DNA of 64,000 nucleotides from an uncultured Candidatus Rokubacteria bacterium (GCA_963754315.1 CAVWFS010000008.1:396289-460288), one strand, 5' to 3'; shown: positions 17,315 through 27,484, counted from the first letter of the stretch. Notes: generated by a model not told the origin, from the letters alone. Made by a program: numbers and translations.

Positions 17315-19048
17315 TCAGAGTTGCCAGTCTTGATACCAGGTCGACTCGGCGCCCACACCTTCCCGCGCGACCGTAACCTCGATCAGGTACGGTCGGTTCC
17401 CGCGGGTGATTCGCTCCATGCCCCGCCGCAGGGCCGGCTCGAGCTCCTTCACGGTCGTGACGGCTTCGCCATCCACGCCCTGCGAACGGGCGAGGGCAAC
17501 GTAATCGGTGGCGGGGGCTCCCAGATAAATGCCCGGATAGCGCCCGTCGCGGACCATCTTGCTATCCGGAACCTCGCGCGCCCAGTTGTGCCGGACGATC
17601 TGGTAGCTCTCGTTGTTGGAGACGATGGTCAGTACCGCCGTGTTGTAGCGGGCCATCGTCCAGAACCCAGCCGCGCTATACGTCAGGGCCCCGTCCCCGA
17701 GGTGGAGCACCACCGGTCGCTCGCGCCCGACGGCGATCTTGGCGCCGATGGCAGCGCCCACCCCCCAGCCGAGAGAGCCTCCCCCGCTGCGGGTCCAGCC
17801 CATTCCCTGATGCCCGAGGGACATCAGGGTCGTGCGGGCGGTGGAGCTCTCCTGGACCATCGTCGTAGTCGACGGCAACAGCTCGGCCAGCTGCGCCTCG
17901 AGCACGCTCGGATGCACGATCGTGTCGTGCTCGTGCTCGCGCACGAGGTCTTTCTCACGCTCGATCAGGAGGGCAGCGTACGCGCGCACCTTCGCCCGTT
18001 GGCGGGCCCAGGTGGCTACTCGCTCGGAAGGGTGCAGGCGCGTGAGCACGTCGCCGAGATCGTGGAGTGTCCCCTTCAGCTCGCATTGCGCAGCGAGGTC
18101 GAGCGGATAGTGGCGGCCCATCAGGAGCGGGTTGGGGCCGATCTGCATCACGGCAGGCTCGCTCACGGCGCCATGCACGCCCTGGCATCCGATCAGGAAG
18201 AGAAGGTCAGGCTTCAGTCCGCTGACCTTCTGGAAATCCTGGGAGGCTGGGTACATGCCGCAGTAAAGCGGATGTCGGGTGGGAAAGTTCGCGAAGATCT
18301 GTCTGGTCGCGAACACCGGAGCCTCGAGGATCTCGGCCAGGCGCACGGCCTCGGCCTGGGCTCCCTCTCGCCAGACGTCGTCGCCGAAGATCAGCAGGGG
18401 GCACTGGGCTTCGCCGAGCCTTCGGGCGATTGCCTCGACCGTCGGCGGCCGCGCCGGGCCAGGCCGCTCGATCCGGTACTGGGCTGCCTCGCCGATCTGG
18501 GCTTCGAGCCCCTCGCGATTCAGGAGCTCGGCGCTGATCGAGAGGTACACGGGGCCGGTGGGTGGTGTGGTCGCTTCGCGCAGGGCACGGGTGGTGGCCA
18601 CTGTAATGGCGGCGGGGTTGGCCACGACTTGATACGCGCAGCGCGCCTCCTTGGTCAGCGGACGCATCGATTCGGCCTGGCTCAATCCCGGGAAGGGGGC
18701 GAGACCGCGATAGTCCTGCAGCTCGGACGCCCAGTCGCCGGCAATCACCAGGAGGGAGGAACCGGCCACCTGGGCATTGAAGAGCTGTCCGGCCAGCTGG
18801 TAGGAGCCGCCCATCACGTGCGCGATGACGACTCCGACCCGGCCGCTGATTCGGTGATATCCATCGGCCATGGCCGCCACCAGTCCCTCGTGCTTGCCGA
18901 CCACGAGCCGCTGATCTCCATCCTCGGCCAGGGCCGCAAAGATCCCGGTCTCCGCCGAGCCGGGATTCGTGAAGAGATACTCGACGCCAGCATCCTTGAG
19001 GGTCTGAAGGAGCAACATACCGCCGGTACCGGTGACGGTCTTGCGCAT
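17315..19048 (-). CDS. ThDP-dependent enzyme, benzoylformate decarboxylase-like
   Basis: LFTNPGSAE, HEGLVAAMADGY, GPVYLSI, GGSLGWG, GDGA...NN motif. Confidence 0.88.
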   Translation of the reverse strand: MRKTVTGTGGMLLLQTLKDAGVEYLFTNPGSAETGIFAALAEDGDQRLVVGKHEGLVAAMADGYHRISGRVGVVIAHVMGGSYQLAGQLFNAQVAGSSLLVIAGDWASELQDYRGLAPFPGLSQAESMRPLTKEARCAYQVVANPAAITVATTRALREATTPPTGPVYLSISAELLNREGLEAQIGEAAQYRIERPGPARPPTVEAIARRLGEAQCPLLIFGDDVWREGAQAEAVRLAEILEAPVFATRQIFANFPTRHPLYCGMYPASQDFQKVSGLKPDLLFLIGCQGVHGAVSEPAVMQIGPNPLLMGRHYPLDLAAQCELKGTLHDLGDVLTRLHPSERVATWARQRAKVRAYAALLIEREKDLVREHEHDTIVHPSVLEAQLAELLPSTTTMVQESSTARTTLMSLGHQGMGWTRSGGGSLGWGVGAAIGAKIAVGRERPVVLHLGDGALTYSAAGFWTMARYNTAVLTIVSNNESYQIVRHNWAREVPDSKMVRDGRYPGIYLGAPATDYVALARSQGVDGEAVTTVKELEPALRRGMERITRGNRPYLIEVTVAREGVGAESTWYQDWQL

Positions 19049-19114
19049 GGTCTACCTCGTTGGGTGATCGTTCACGTCTAGGCCGGAGCACTATACCAGG
19101 AGCCCCCGAACGCC

Positions 19115-19144
19115 TTGACACGGCAATCGGGCGGATCCTAGGAT
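19115..19144 (+). promoter_or_regulatory. Putative sigma70 promoter of the dioxygenase operon
   Basis: TTGACA (19115)-18 bp-TAGGAT (19139), upstream of AGGAGG and the ATG at 19173. Confidence 0.55.
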
Positions 19145-19172
19145 CGGCCAAGCCCGCACAGGAGGCGACAGC

Positions 19173-19754
19173 ATGCCCCTCACCCGGTACGCGCTCGACG
19201 AGTTCATCCACGACATGAGTGATCTGGTCTCGACCCAGCCTGATCAGGCGATCCTTTTCGACAGGGGGTCGCGCCTCATCGAACGACTGGTGCGCGATCC
19301 GGAATCGGTGCCGGAAGAGTACCGGCGGCCCGCCCCGCGCGGCCGGCGTCCGGGCGGGGGCAGTTATGTTCTCCACCGTGCACCCGGACTGTCGGTGACG
19401 AGCGTGGTGTGGGGCCCGGGCTCCCACGTGGGGCCGCATGATCATCACACGTGGGGAATGATTGGCGTCATGGGTAACGCCATCCAGGAAACGCGCTTTC
19501 GGCGCGTCGACGACCGCTCCCGTGAGGGCTACGCCACCCTCGAGAAGGACCGTGCTGTCCTGGTGAAGCCGGGCCAGGTCTCGTTGCTGGTCCCGGACGT
19601 GGACGAGATCCATCAGCTCGACAACTTCAGCGACCGCACCACGGTCGAGATCCACGTCTACGGGACCGATCTCGTGGGCCTTCAGCGCTGTCGGTATGAT
19701 CTGCAGACAGGTGCCGTCGCGTCCTATGTCCTCGGCAAGTACGATAACTGCTGA
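19173..19754 (+). CDS. Cysteine dioxygenase-like (thiol dioxygenase) cupin
   Basis: WGPG...PHDHHTWG, DEIH, IHVYG motifs providing a 3-His iron site. Confidence 0.85.
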   Translation: MPLTRYALDEFIHDMSDLVSTQPDQAILFDRGSRLIERLVRDPESVPEEYRRPAPRGRRPGGGSYVLHRAPGLSVTSVVWGPGSHVGPHDHHTWGMIGVMGNAIQETRFRRVDDRSREGYATLEKDRAVLVKPGQVSLLVPDVDEIHQLDNFSDRTTVEIHVYGTDLVGLQRCRYDLQTGAVASYVLGKYDNC

Positions 19755-19757
19755 ACG

Positions 19758-20741
19758 ATGAAACAGGCGGTGCTCGAGCGGTACGGGCCACCGGAAGAGG
19801 TCGTGCGCTGCGTTGACGTTCCCGACGTGGGTACACCAGGCGCCGGCGAAGTCGTGTTCAACGTCCTCGCCTTTCCGATCAACCCGGCAGACATCTCGAT
19901 GTGCAAGGGCAGCTATCGTCTGCGGCCGACCTTGCCGGCTACGCCCGGCGCCGAGTGCATCGGGCGCGTCACCGCGGTCGGCCGGGGTGTCACCCACGTC
20001 AAGCGCGATGACCTGGTCATCACCCTGCAACGCGAGAATTGGGCCCAGCAGCGTCGTGTTCCCGGTGACGACGTCATCCCGGTGCCGCCTGGCGTCGACG
20101 TGCAGCAGGGCGCCATGCTTCGCATCAACCCAGCCACTGCCCTGCTGCTGCTCGCCGACATCGTCGATCTGAAGCCTGGTGACTGGGTCGTCCAGAACGT
20201 TGCCAACTCGGCGGTGGGTCGCCTGGTGATCCGCCTGGCTCGGGCGCGGGGAATCAAGACAATGAACGTCGTGCGGCGCCAGGCGCTCTTCGACGACCTG
20301 AGGGCGCTCGGCGCCGACGCCTGCGCTGTCGACGGGCCGGACCTGGCCGAGACCGTCAAGTCCTTGACGGGAGGCACGCCGATCCGTCTTGGGCTCGATG
20401 CGGTGTCAGGGCGCGCCACGGCGCGGCTCTCATTGTGCGTGGGGGAGGGTGGCGTGGTGTGCAACTACGGATCGATGAGCGGGGAGGACCCGATGATGGC
20501 ACGGAGTGCGCTCAGCGGGAACGGTCAGACCTTGGTCGGGTTCATCCTCGGCCGCGCCTTGGCCCGGCGCTCGCTCCCGCAGATCCGGGCCATCTACGCC
20601 GATCTCGGCGAGCAGATCCTGAACGGCACGTTGTCCGCTCCCATCGAGAAGGTCTACCCGATCGAGGAGATCAAGGCCGCTCTCACCCACGCCCAGCGTG
20701 GCGAACGCAGCGGCAAGATCCTGGTGATGCCCCATGCGTAA
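19758..20741 (+). CDS. MDR-family trans-2-enoyl-thioester reductase (ETR/MECR-like)
   Basis: PINPAD, GSY...LPATPGAE, INPATA, VQNVANSAVG, NYGSMSG. No Zn-ADH motifs. Confidence 0.85.
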   Translation: MKQAVLERYGPPEEVVRCVDVPDVGTPGAGEVVFNVLAFPINPADISMCKGSYRLRPTLPATPGAECIGRVTAVGRGVTHVKRDDLVITLQRENWAQQRRVPGDDVIPVPPGVDVQQGAMLRINPATALLLLADIVDLKPGDWVVQNVANSAVGRLVIRLARARGIKTMNVVRRQALFDDLRALGADACAVDGPDLAETVKSLTGGTPIRLGLDAVSGRATARLSLCVGEGGVVCNYGSMSGEDPMMARSALSGNGQTLVGFILGRALARRSLPQIRAIYADLGEQILNGTLSAPIEKVYPIEEIKAALTHAQRGERSGKILVMPHA

Positions 20742-22362
20742 GGACACCCTCAAGCCCAGGGAGATCGCCGCTGCCACCCTCGCCCAGCTCCTGGAGACGG
20801 CCTCGGCGCTGGCGCTGATCGACGTGCGCGAGCATGGCGAGTACAACCTCGCTCACATTCCCGGCGCCAGCTCCGTGCCGCGCCGGCAGCTTGAGACCCG
20901 CATGGCTCGCCTCGTCCCGTTCCGCGGGGTGCAGGTGGTCGTCTGCGACGATACCGGTCGTCGCGCGGCGCTGGCGGCCGACACAGTGACGCGGATGGGC
21001 TACAGCCGGGTCGCGGTGCTGGAGGGCGGCGTCAATCGTTGGGCCAGCCACAATCTGCCCACCGAGTGGGGCATGAACGTGCCCAGCAAGGACTTCGGCG
21101 AGAAGGTCGAGGTGCAGTACCACGTGCCGACCATCGACGCCGACGAGCTCGCCCGCCGTCAAGGTCGGGGCGACGATCTGATCATCCTCGACACGCGCAC
21201 GCCGGAGGAGTACCAGCGCTTCTGCATCCCCGGGGGGCGCAGCGTGCCGGGTGGCGAGCTGGCGCTGAGGATTCACGACCTCCGGCGCGAACGCCCGCAC
21301 GCGACGGTGGTGGTTAACTGCGCCGGACGCACGCGCAGTATCATCGGGGCTCGGGTGCTCCAGCGGATGCAGCTGCCCAACGTCGTCAGCCTCCGCAATG
21401 GCACCTCTGGCTGGCTGCTGGCGGGGCTCGAGCTGGAACGTGGCGCAAACCGCGTGGACCTGCCCAGCCCCTCCGCGGAGGGGCGCGCGGCGGCCGAGGC
21501 CTACGCGGCCGGCGTCGCCGCTGAGGACGGCGTGCGGATGCTGGCTGTCGACGAGCTGCAAGTGCTTCTGGCACGGGCCAGCACCGAGACGGTGTATCTG
21601 ATCGACGTGCGCACGCGCGATGAATACACGGCTGGCCACATTCCCGGCTTCTGGTGGGTTCCCGGAGGTCAGGCGGTGCAGCGGGCCGATGATACGGCGG
21701 CCGTGCGCAACGGCAGTGTCGTCTTCTGCTGCGATGGTACGGTGCGGGCGGCGGTGACAGCCTCCTGGTACCGCCAGATGGATTTTCCCAACGTCTTCGC
21801 CATTGCCGGCGGTACGACGGCCTGGAAAGCGGCGGGCCTTCGGCTGGCGACAGGGGCCGACGAGCCCGTGGAACCACTGGTAACCCAGGCCAAAGCGCGC
21901 GTGAGACAGGTCTCGCCAGACGAGCTGGCCGCGGCCCTGGCATCGGCGCGGCCACCTGTAATCTTGCACGTCGATCCGAGCGACCGCTTCGCTGCCGGCC
22001 ATGTCCCCGGTTCGCGATGGCTCCCGCGCGGCTGGCTGGAACTCAAGGTCGGTGAGGTCGTGAGCGACACCGTCGCGCCGGTCGTGGTCACCGACGAGGA
22101 TGGCGACAATGCTTCGCTGAGCGCGGCGACGTTGCTCGACCTGGGATATCGCGAGGTAGCCGCCTTGGACGGAGGTACGCAGGCGTGGCGCCAGCAGGGT
22201 CGACCGCTGGAGCACGGTCTGACCGGCCTGGTTCGTCCCCCGGACGATGTCGTGCCCGCCGGCCCCGATCGCAGTTTCGCCGACATGATCAACTATCTGC
22301 GCTGGGAGGAGCGGCTCGGGCACAAGTACGCGCCCCCCGGCGAAGGTTCCCGCCCGGGGTAG
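20734..22362 (+). CDS. Four-domain rhodanese/sulfurtransferase
   Basis: Repeated IDVR/LDTR...HIPG motifs; active loop NCAGRTRS in domain 2; C-terminal YLRWE. Confidence 0.9.
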   Translation: MRKDTLKPREIAAATLAQLLETASALALIDVREHGEYNLAHIPGASSVPRRQLETRMARLVPFRGVQVVVCDDTGRRAALAADTVTRMGYSRVAVLEGGVNRWASHNLPTEWGMNVPSKDFGEKVEVQYHVPTIDADELARRQGRGDDLIILDTRTPEEYQRFCIPGGRSVPGGELALRIHDLRRERPHATVVVNCAGRTRSIIGARVLQRMQLPNVVSLRNGTSGWLLAGLELERGANRVDLPSPSAEGRAAAEAYAAGVAAEDGVRMLAVDELQVLLARASTETVYLIDVRTRDEYTAGHIPGFWWVPGGQAVQRADDTAAVRNGSVVFCCDGTVRAAVTASWYRQMDFPNVFAIAGGTTAWKAAGLRLATGADEPVEPLVTQAKARVRQVSPDELAAALASARPPVILHVDPSDRFAAGHVPGSRWLPRGWLELKVGEVVSDTVAPVVVTDEDGDNASLSAATLLDLGYREVAALDGGTQAWRQQGRPLEHGLTGLVRPPDDVVPAGPDRSFADMINYLRWEERLGHKYAPPGEGSRPG

Positions 22363-22382
22363 CGTCCGCTACGACGAACGTC

Positions 22383-23261
22383 CTACTCAGGACCGACCAA
22401 ACCGATGTAGACGCCGCATGCGTGCTCGGGAGGCACCAGCATCGCCTGCTCGCCGGTGTTGCGGACACCTCGGGCCGGCGGCGGCACCGCATGGTCCTGC
22501 ATCCAGCGGGCCGCCGCCGCCATACCGGTCGTACGATAGAGCACCTGGAACGGTCCGGGTCCGCGGCGAGCGATGGCGTCGGCAGCGGGACCGGGCGCAT
22601 AGGGCTGCGCGATGCTCAGACCGGTCGGCCCCAGGTCGAAGACGGCCATATCGGCCATGATGACTGTCCCTCGCTGGATCCGGGGCACCGGCGTTCCGAG
22701 CACCCGCGCATAGGTCTCGGCGTCGGCGCGCACGTCGGTGGTCGCAACGTAGACGCGGTCGATTCTCTGCACTCCGTTGGGATGGTTTCCTACCGTCGGC
22801 ACCTGTCGCCGTCTCGCCTCGCGCGAGCTCAGGTGCTGGATGAAGACGATGGGGAGCGGATGCCGGCCCCTGAGCGCGGCAACGCGCCACGAGAGCTCCA
22901 CGCCGTTCGCCGTCCGGCGACTGCCTTCGATCCCGTCGCCCACGTCCACCCCGCGACTCCTCATCGCCTCCACGTCCGCCGCCAGATCGTCACTGGCCAC
23001 GACCACGTACCGCAGGCCACCTCCCGCGGCGATGAAGTCGATGAGACCCCCGGTGGCCCCAGCCGCCGCCCGGTACTGGTCGGGGTCGCGCACGCTCAGC
23101 AGTTCCAGATAGTCGTCCTCGTTGAGGCTGATCGCGTTGTGCGTGCCCCGCCCGGGATGCACACCGCCCGGGTAGACATTGAAGCCGAGCCTCGTGTAGG
23201 TCTCGATACCCGTGTCGAGGTCGGGCACCCCAATCACGACGTGGTCAATTCGCGTGAGCAT
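22383..23261 (-). CDS. VOC/glyoxalase-like domain protein
   Basis: RIDHVVIGVPDL, GGVHPGRGTHNA, YLELL, HPNGVQRID. Confidence 0.85.
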   Translation of the reverse strand: MLTRIDHVVIGVPDLDTGIETYTRLGFNVYPGGVHPGRGTHNAISLNEDDYLELLSVRDPDQYRAAAGATGGLIDFIAAGGGLRYVVVASDDLAADVEAMRSRGVDVGDGIEGSRRTANGVELSWRVAALRGRHPLPIVFIQHLSSREARRRQVPTVGNHPNGVQRIDRVYVATTDVRADAETYARVLGTPVPRIQRGTVIMADMAVFDLGPTGLSIAQPYAPGPAADAIARRGPGPFQVLYRTTGMAAAARWMQDHAVPPPARGVRNTGEQAMLVPPEHACGVYIGLVGPE

Positions 23262-23387
23262 GGTCCATCCAGTGTGCCAGAGGTGCGCGGCCTCTGTCTT
23301 GAAATCAATACACCAAGATTGGGTTGTTCCATACACCATTGCGGTTCTATACTTGACATCGTCGACGTCGCGCCCGGAGGCCGTGCC

Positions 23388-23588
23388 GTGGGGAGGACCA
23401 ACATCGTTCTTGACGATCGCCTCGTGCGGGAAGGTCTGCGCAGATTCCGATGTCGCTCGAAGCGCGAGCTCGTTCATCTGGCCCTCTCCGAGTTGCTCAA
23501 GCGTGCGCGCCGGCGTGATCTTCTGTCGCTGCGCGGTCAGGTGACGTGGGAGGGGGACCTCACCGAGCTGCGACGTCTCCGCCCGTGA
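23388..23588 (+). CDS. vapB: VapB-type antitoxin
   Basis: GTG after GGAGG; RTNIVLDDRLV...SKRELVHLALSEL...LRGQVTWEGDL; GTGA overlap with the PIN gene. Confidence 0.85.
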   Translation: MGRTNIVLDDRLVREGLRRFRCRSKRELVHLALSELLKRARRRDLLSLRGQVTWEGDLTELRRLRP

Positions 23589-23986
23589 TCGTCGTCGATA
23601 CGACGATCTGGATCGACTTCCTTGAGGCTCGAGGCACCGCCTTCGACCGTCACCTCACGGAGCTTGTGGAAGCGGACGCTCCGATTACCCTCATCGACAT
23701 CGTGTATTGCGAGGTGCTGCAGGGGATTCGGAACGATGACGTCTATCAACGAATTCGAGCCAGCCTGCTCGCTCACCCGATCTTGCGTCCGCGAGGTCTC
23801 CAGACGTTCGAGACGGCCGCCAACCTGTATCGGTCGGCACGGCGCCGAGGGTTCACCATCAGACGCAGCGTGGACTGCCTCATCGCCGCCACGTGCCTCG
23901 AGAATGATGCAGAGATCTATCACAACGACCGCGACTTTGACACTCTCGCCAGGGTATCGACCCTGATGGTCTATCGCCAGCCCTGA
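23585..23986 (+). CDS. vapC: VapC PIN-domain toxin
   Basis: IVVDTTIWIDFL, EVLQG, TIRRSVDCLIAA, HNDRDF acidic catalytic residues. Confidence 0.92.
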   Translation: MIVVDTTIWIDFLEARGTAFDRHLTELVEADAPITLIDIVYCEVLQGIRNDDVYQRIRASLLAHPILRPRGLQTFETAANLYRSARRRGFTIRRSVDCLIAATCLENDAEIYHNDRDFDTLARVSTLMVYRQP

Positions 23987-24196
23987 CCGAGAGCTAACGA
24001 ATGTTCGCCCCTGCAGGCGGTCGCCGGGCAGATCAAGAGAGGCGGCCGGGGCGCCGATCTTCAACAATGGTCATTGATTACCGATTACCGGACAGACCAG
24101 GGCATTTACTGGACTCTCACCACTTTCGAGCCGCGCCACCGTGCCGACCGGTCCCACCGAAGGGTGGCACATGCGCAGAGACGGCCTCATAAACCA

Positions 24197-24225
24197 TTGA
24201 CAGGTGGTGGCGCGCTGTCTAGACT
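24197..24225 (+). promoter_or_regulatory. Putative sigma70 promoter of the TRAP operon
   Basis: TTGACA-17 bp-TAGACT, overlapped by a short inverted repeat GACAG-N11-CTGTC. Confidence 0.6.
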
Positions 24226-24282
24226 CGGCCAGCTTCTTGCCAAGAGTGGAGCACGACGACGGCGATCCAAAGGAGGAGCGCT

Positions 24283-25419
24283 ATGCGCAGGATGATATCC
24301 ACGAGAACAGCAATTGCCCTGGCCCTCATTGTCGGGTTGCTGGCGTACCTGGCGGGTTCGTACGGCGCGCCCGCCCCCGCCACGGCCCAGACGCCAATCC
24401 GGTGGAAGGTGCAGAGCGCGTGGCCGCCGACGTCCATCGTCCAGGACGCAGCCAAGTTGCTGGTGGAGACGATCGAGAAGAATTCCGGAGGTCGGTTCAA
24501 GCTGGAGCTGTCGCCGGCGGGCGCCATCGTCCCGCCCTTCGAGATCCAGGACGCCGTGAACCGGGGCGTTATCGACGCGGGCCATACCACCCCTGGGTAC
24601 ATCATCGGCAAGCTGAAGGCCTTCGTTCCCCTGACCCACGGTCCCCTGTTCGGCATGGACTTCATCGACTACTACGGCTGGTACTGGGAGGGCGGCGGCC
24701 ACGAGCTGCTTCAGGAGGCCTACCAGCAGAAGCTGAAGATGAACGTGGTCAGCTTCCAGGTCCATCCGGAAGGACCGCAGGCGATGGGCTGGTTCAAGAA
24801 AGAAATCCGGTCCTTCAACGACATCAAGGGCCAGCGGTATCGCATCTACGCGCGTGGGTGCCGAGGTCTACAACAAGCTCGGCATCCCGGCCGTGGTGCT
24901 CGCCGGCGGCGAGATCGTGCCGGCCCTGGAACGGGGGGCGATCGACGGCGCCGAGTGGATCAACTGCTACGACGACAAGGTCCTCGGCATCGACAAGGTG
25001 GCCAAGTTCCACTACGCCCCGGGGATGCACGAGCCCACCACGGTGGGCGAGTTCATCATCAACAAGGGGAAGTGGGACGCGCTGCCGGCCGACCTGAAGG
25101 AGATCGTCAAAGTCTCCGTCCAGGCCTCGTACTGGAACCACTTCGTCCGGTTCCAGGAGAAGACGGCCAAGGCCTGTCAGGAACTGCTCGCGTCGGGCGT
25201 CAAGATCATCAAGACGACCGGACGAGCTGAACCGGGCGCTTCCTGAAGGCGTACGACGAGGTCTGGCAGGCGGATGCCGCCAAGGACGACTTCTACCGGA
25301 AGGTAATCGACTCGCAGAAGAAGTACTCCAGCCTGCTGGTGCCGTACCGCATGTCGTACTGGCCGAACTACAACTTCATCGGAGAGCACTACTACAAGGA
25401 CAAGATCTGGCTGAAGTAG
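24283..25419 (+). pseudogene. dctP: TRAP transporter substrate-binding protein (DctP/TakP-like), frameshifted as assembled
   Basis: WKVQSAW...MGWFKKEI in the first frame; GGEIVPALERGAIDGAEW in a second frame after ~24851; C-terminus back in the first frame after two more +1 shifts near 25220-25236; stop TAG at 25417-25419. Confidence 0.85.
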
Positions 25420-25438
25420 CCGACCAGTGAGCCTGGAC

Positions 25439-25476
25439 CCCGGACGGCGGGCCGGTCCGCGGCCTCGCCGTCCGGG
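25439..25476 (+). other. Strong stem-loop between dctP and dctQ
   Basis: CCCGGACGGCG-GGCCG-N5-CGGCC-T-CGCCGTCCGGG with no U-tract. Position is typical of an mRNA-stabilising hairpin after a binding-protein gene. Confidence 0.6.
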
Positions 25477-25563
25477 CGTTGGACGGACCGCTCCGCCGAC
25501 CCACGGACCCACTCTTTCCTAGAGCTCGGCGCTCGAATGACGCGAACAGAACGGAGGAGCCAT

Positions 25564-26147
25564 GTGGCGACGGCTGCCCCAGTAGAACCCAACCATCGCG
25601 ATGCGTCGCCGGCCTTCCGGACCACGGTCGAGCTCATCGACCGCTTCGCGAGCTACACCGGACGGCCCATCGCATGGCTCATCATCCCCATGACCATCGC
25701 CGTCACGTGGGAGGTCGTGGCCCGCCACTTCTTCCGCGCGCCCACCATCTGGGCCTACGACGTCGTCTACATGCTCTACGGCACGCACTTCATGCTGGGG
25801 ACCGCCTACACCCTGATGCGGATCGGGCACGTGCGCACCGACATGCTCTATTCGCGCTGGTCCATCCGCCGCCAGAACAGGATCGACGCGATCGGGTACT
25901 TCTTCTTCTTCTTCCCGGCGATGATCCTCCTGTTCTACTTCGGCTGGCAGGAGGCCTATCATGCGTTCCAGATCGGCGAGACCTCGGACGCGAGCCCCTG
26001 GCGGCCGATCGTGTGGCCGTTCAAGTTCGTGATCCCCCTCACCGCGCTCTCCTGCTCATCCAGGGCATCGCGGAGCTCCTCAAGAGCATCTACGCCATTC
26101 GAACGGGCCGCGAGTGGGTCCATCGTGAGCACCTGGAGATCGGATGA
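25564..26147 (+). CDS. dctQ: TRAP small permease DctQ (one frameshift near 26050)
   Basis: EVVARHFFRAPTIWAYD, GHVRTD, WPFKFVIP; last helix LLLIQGIAELLK lies in another frame and ends in an ATGA overlap with dctM. Confidence 0.85.
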
Positions 26148-27463
26148 GCCCCGAACTGCTCGGCGGCATCATGCTGGTGATCATGCTGGGGGCCATCTTC
26201 ATCGGCTTCCCGATCTCGTTCACCTTGCTCCTCCTCGCGCTGATCTTCGGCTGGGTCGGGCTCGGGGACCGGGCCTTTTACATCATGGTGTTCCAGACCA
26301 TCGGGATGATGAAGGAGGAGGTGCTGGCCGCGGTGCCCTTATTCATCTTCATGGGCTATCTGATGGAGCAGGGCGGCCTCATGGAGCGCCTGTTCAAGGG
26401 CTTCCAGCTCATGATGGGGCCGGTGCCCGGCTCGCTCTACGTGGGCGTGCTGATCACCGCCACCATCTTCGGCATCGCCGCCGGCACGGTGGGGGCAACG
26501 GTGGTGCTGATGGGCATCATGGCCGTGCCCATCATGAGCAAGGCCGGCTACGACATCAAGATGTCCGCCGGCGCCATCACCGCGGGCGGCACCTTGGGCA
26601 TCCTGGTCCCTCCGAGCGTCATGCTGGTCGTGATGGGGCCGGTCATGGGCGTCTCCGTCGCCGAACTCTACGCCTCGTGCTTCGGTCCCGGATTCCTCCT
26701 GGCCGGTATCTTCATCGTCTACTGCCTCGTCCGCAGCCTCATCAACCCGAAGCTCGGACCGCCCCTGCCGCCCGAGGAGCGAAGCGGGAGCATCAAGGAG
26801 ATCGTCATCGAGCTGACGATGGGGATGCTGCCGCATGCCATCCTCATCATCGCCACCCTCGGGACCATCATCTGGGGATGGGCCACGCCTACCGAGGCGG
26901 CGGCCATGGGCGTCGTCGGCGCCGCCTTCCTCGCCGTGATCTACCGGCAGTTCACGTGGCAGCGGCTCAAGGACGCGGTCTACAACACCTTGCTCCAGTC
27001 CAGCACCGTCATCTTCCTCGCCGTCTGCGGCAACGTGTTCGGCGCGGTGTTCTCGCGGCTGGGGACGGCCAAGGTGGCCACCGACGCCCTGCTCGCCTGG
27101 CAGATCCCGCCGGTGGCGATGCTGGCCTTGATCATGGTGGTCATCTTCCTGCTCGGCTGGCCCTTCGAGTGGCCGGCCATCATCCTGGTCTTCGTGCCGC
27201 TGATGCAGCCGGTCATCGCGGCGCTGAAGATCGACATGATCTGGTTCGCCACCCTCATCGCGATCAATCTCCAGACCGCCTTCCTCTCGCCGCCGGTGGC
27301 CATGTCGGCGTACTATCTCAAGGGCGTGGCGCCCCAGTGGTCCCTCGGGGACATCTACCGGGGCATGGCGCAGTTCATGGTCCTGCAGCTCATCGGCCTC
27401 GCCCTCTGCATCATCTTCCCCGAGATCGCGCTCTGGTTCCCGCGCTATCTGTTCGGCAAGTAA
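26144..27463 (+). CDS. dctM: TRAP large permease DctM
   Basis: LAAVPLFIFMG, GGTLGILVPPS, ATPTEAAAMG, NLQTAFLSPP. Confidence 0.95.
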   Translation: MSPELLGGIMLVIMLGAIFIGFPISFTLLLLALIFGWVGLGDRAFYIMVFQTIGMMKEEVLAAVPLFIFMGYLMEQGGLMERLFKGFQLMMGPVPGSLYVGVLITATIFGIAAGTVGATVVLMGIMAVPIMSKAGYDIKMSAGAITAGGTLGILVPPSVMLVVMGPVMGVSVAELYASCFGPGFLLAGIFIVYCLVRSLINPKLGPPLPPEERSGSIKEIVIELTMGMLPHAILIIATLGTIIWGWATPTEAAAMGVVGAAFLAVIYRQFTWQRLKDAVYNTLLQSSTVIFLAVCGNVFGAVFSRLGTAKVATDALLAWQIPPVAMLALIMVVIFLLGWPFEWPAIILVFVPLMQPVIAALKIDMIWFATLIAINLQTAFLSPPVAMSAYYLKGVAPQWSLGDIYRGMAQFMVLQLIGLALCIIFPEIALWFPRYLFGK

Positions 27464-27484
27464 CCCCGTGACGGAGGAGGAGCC

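Noticed and set aside
15635-19081. 1148-aa ORF and other long ORFs such as 26339..28597, 49180..51096, 18207..20030 and 3718..5076
   Set aside because: Antisense shadows of well-supported genes, expected in high-GC DNA; no family motifs.
19749-19760. Selenocysteine or readthrough fusion (TGC-TGA-ACG-ATG in frame with the next gene)
   Set aside because: Both proteins are full length separately, no convincing SECIS hairpin was seen, and in-frame adjacency has a 1-in-3 chance.
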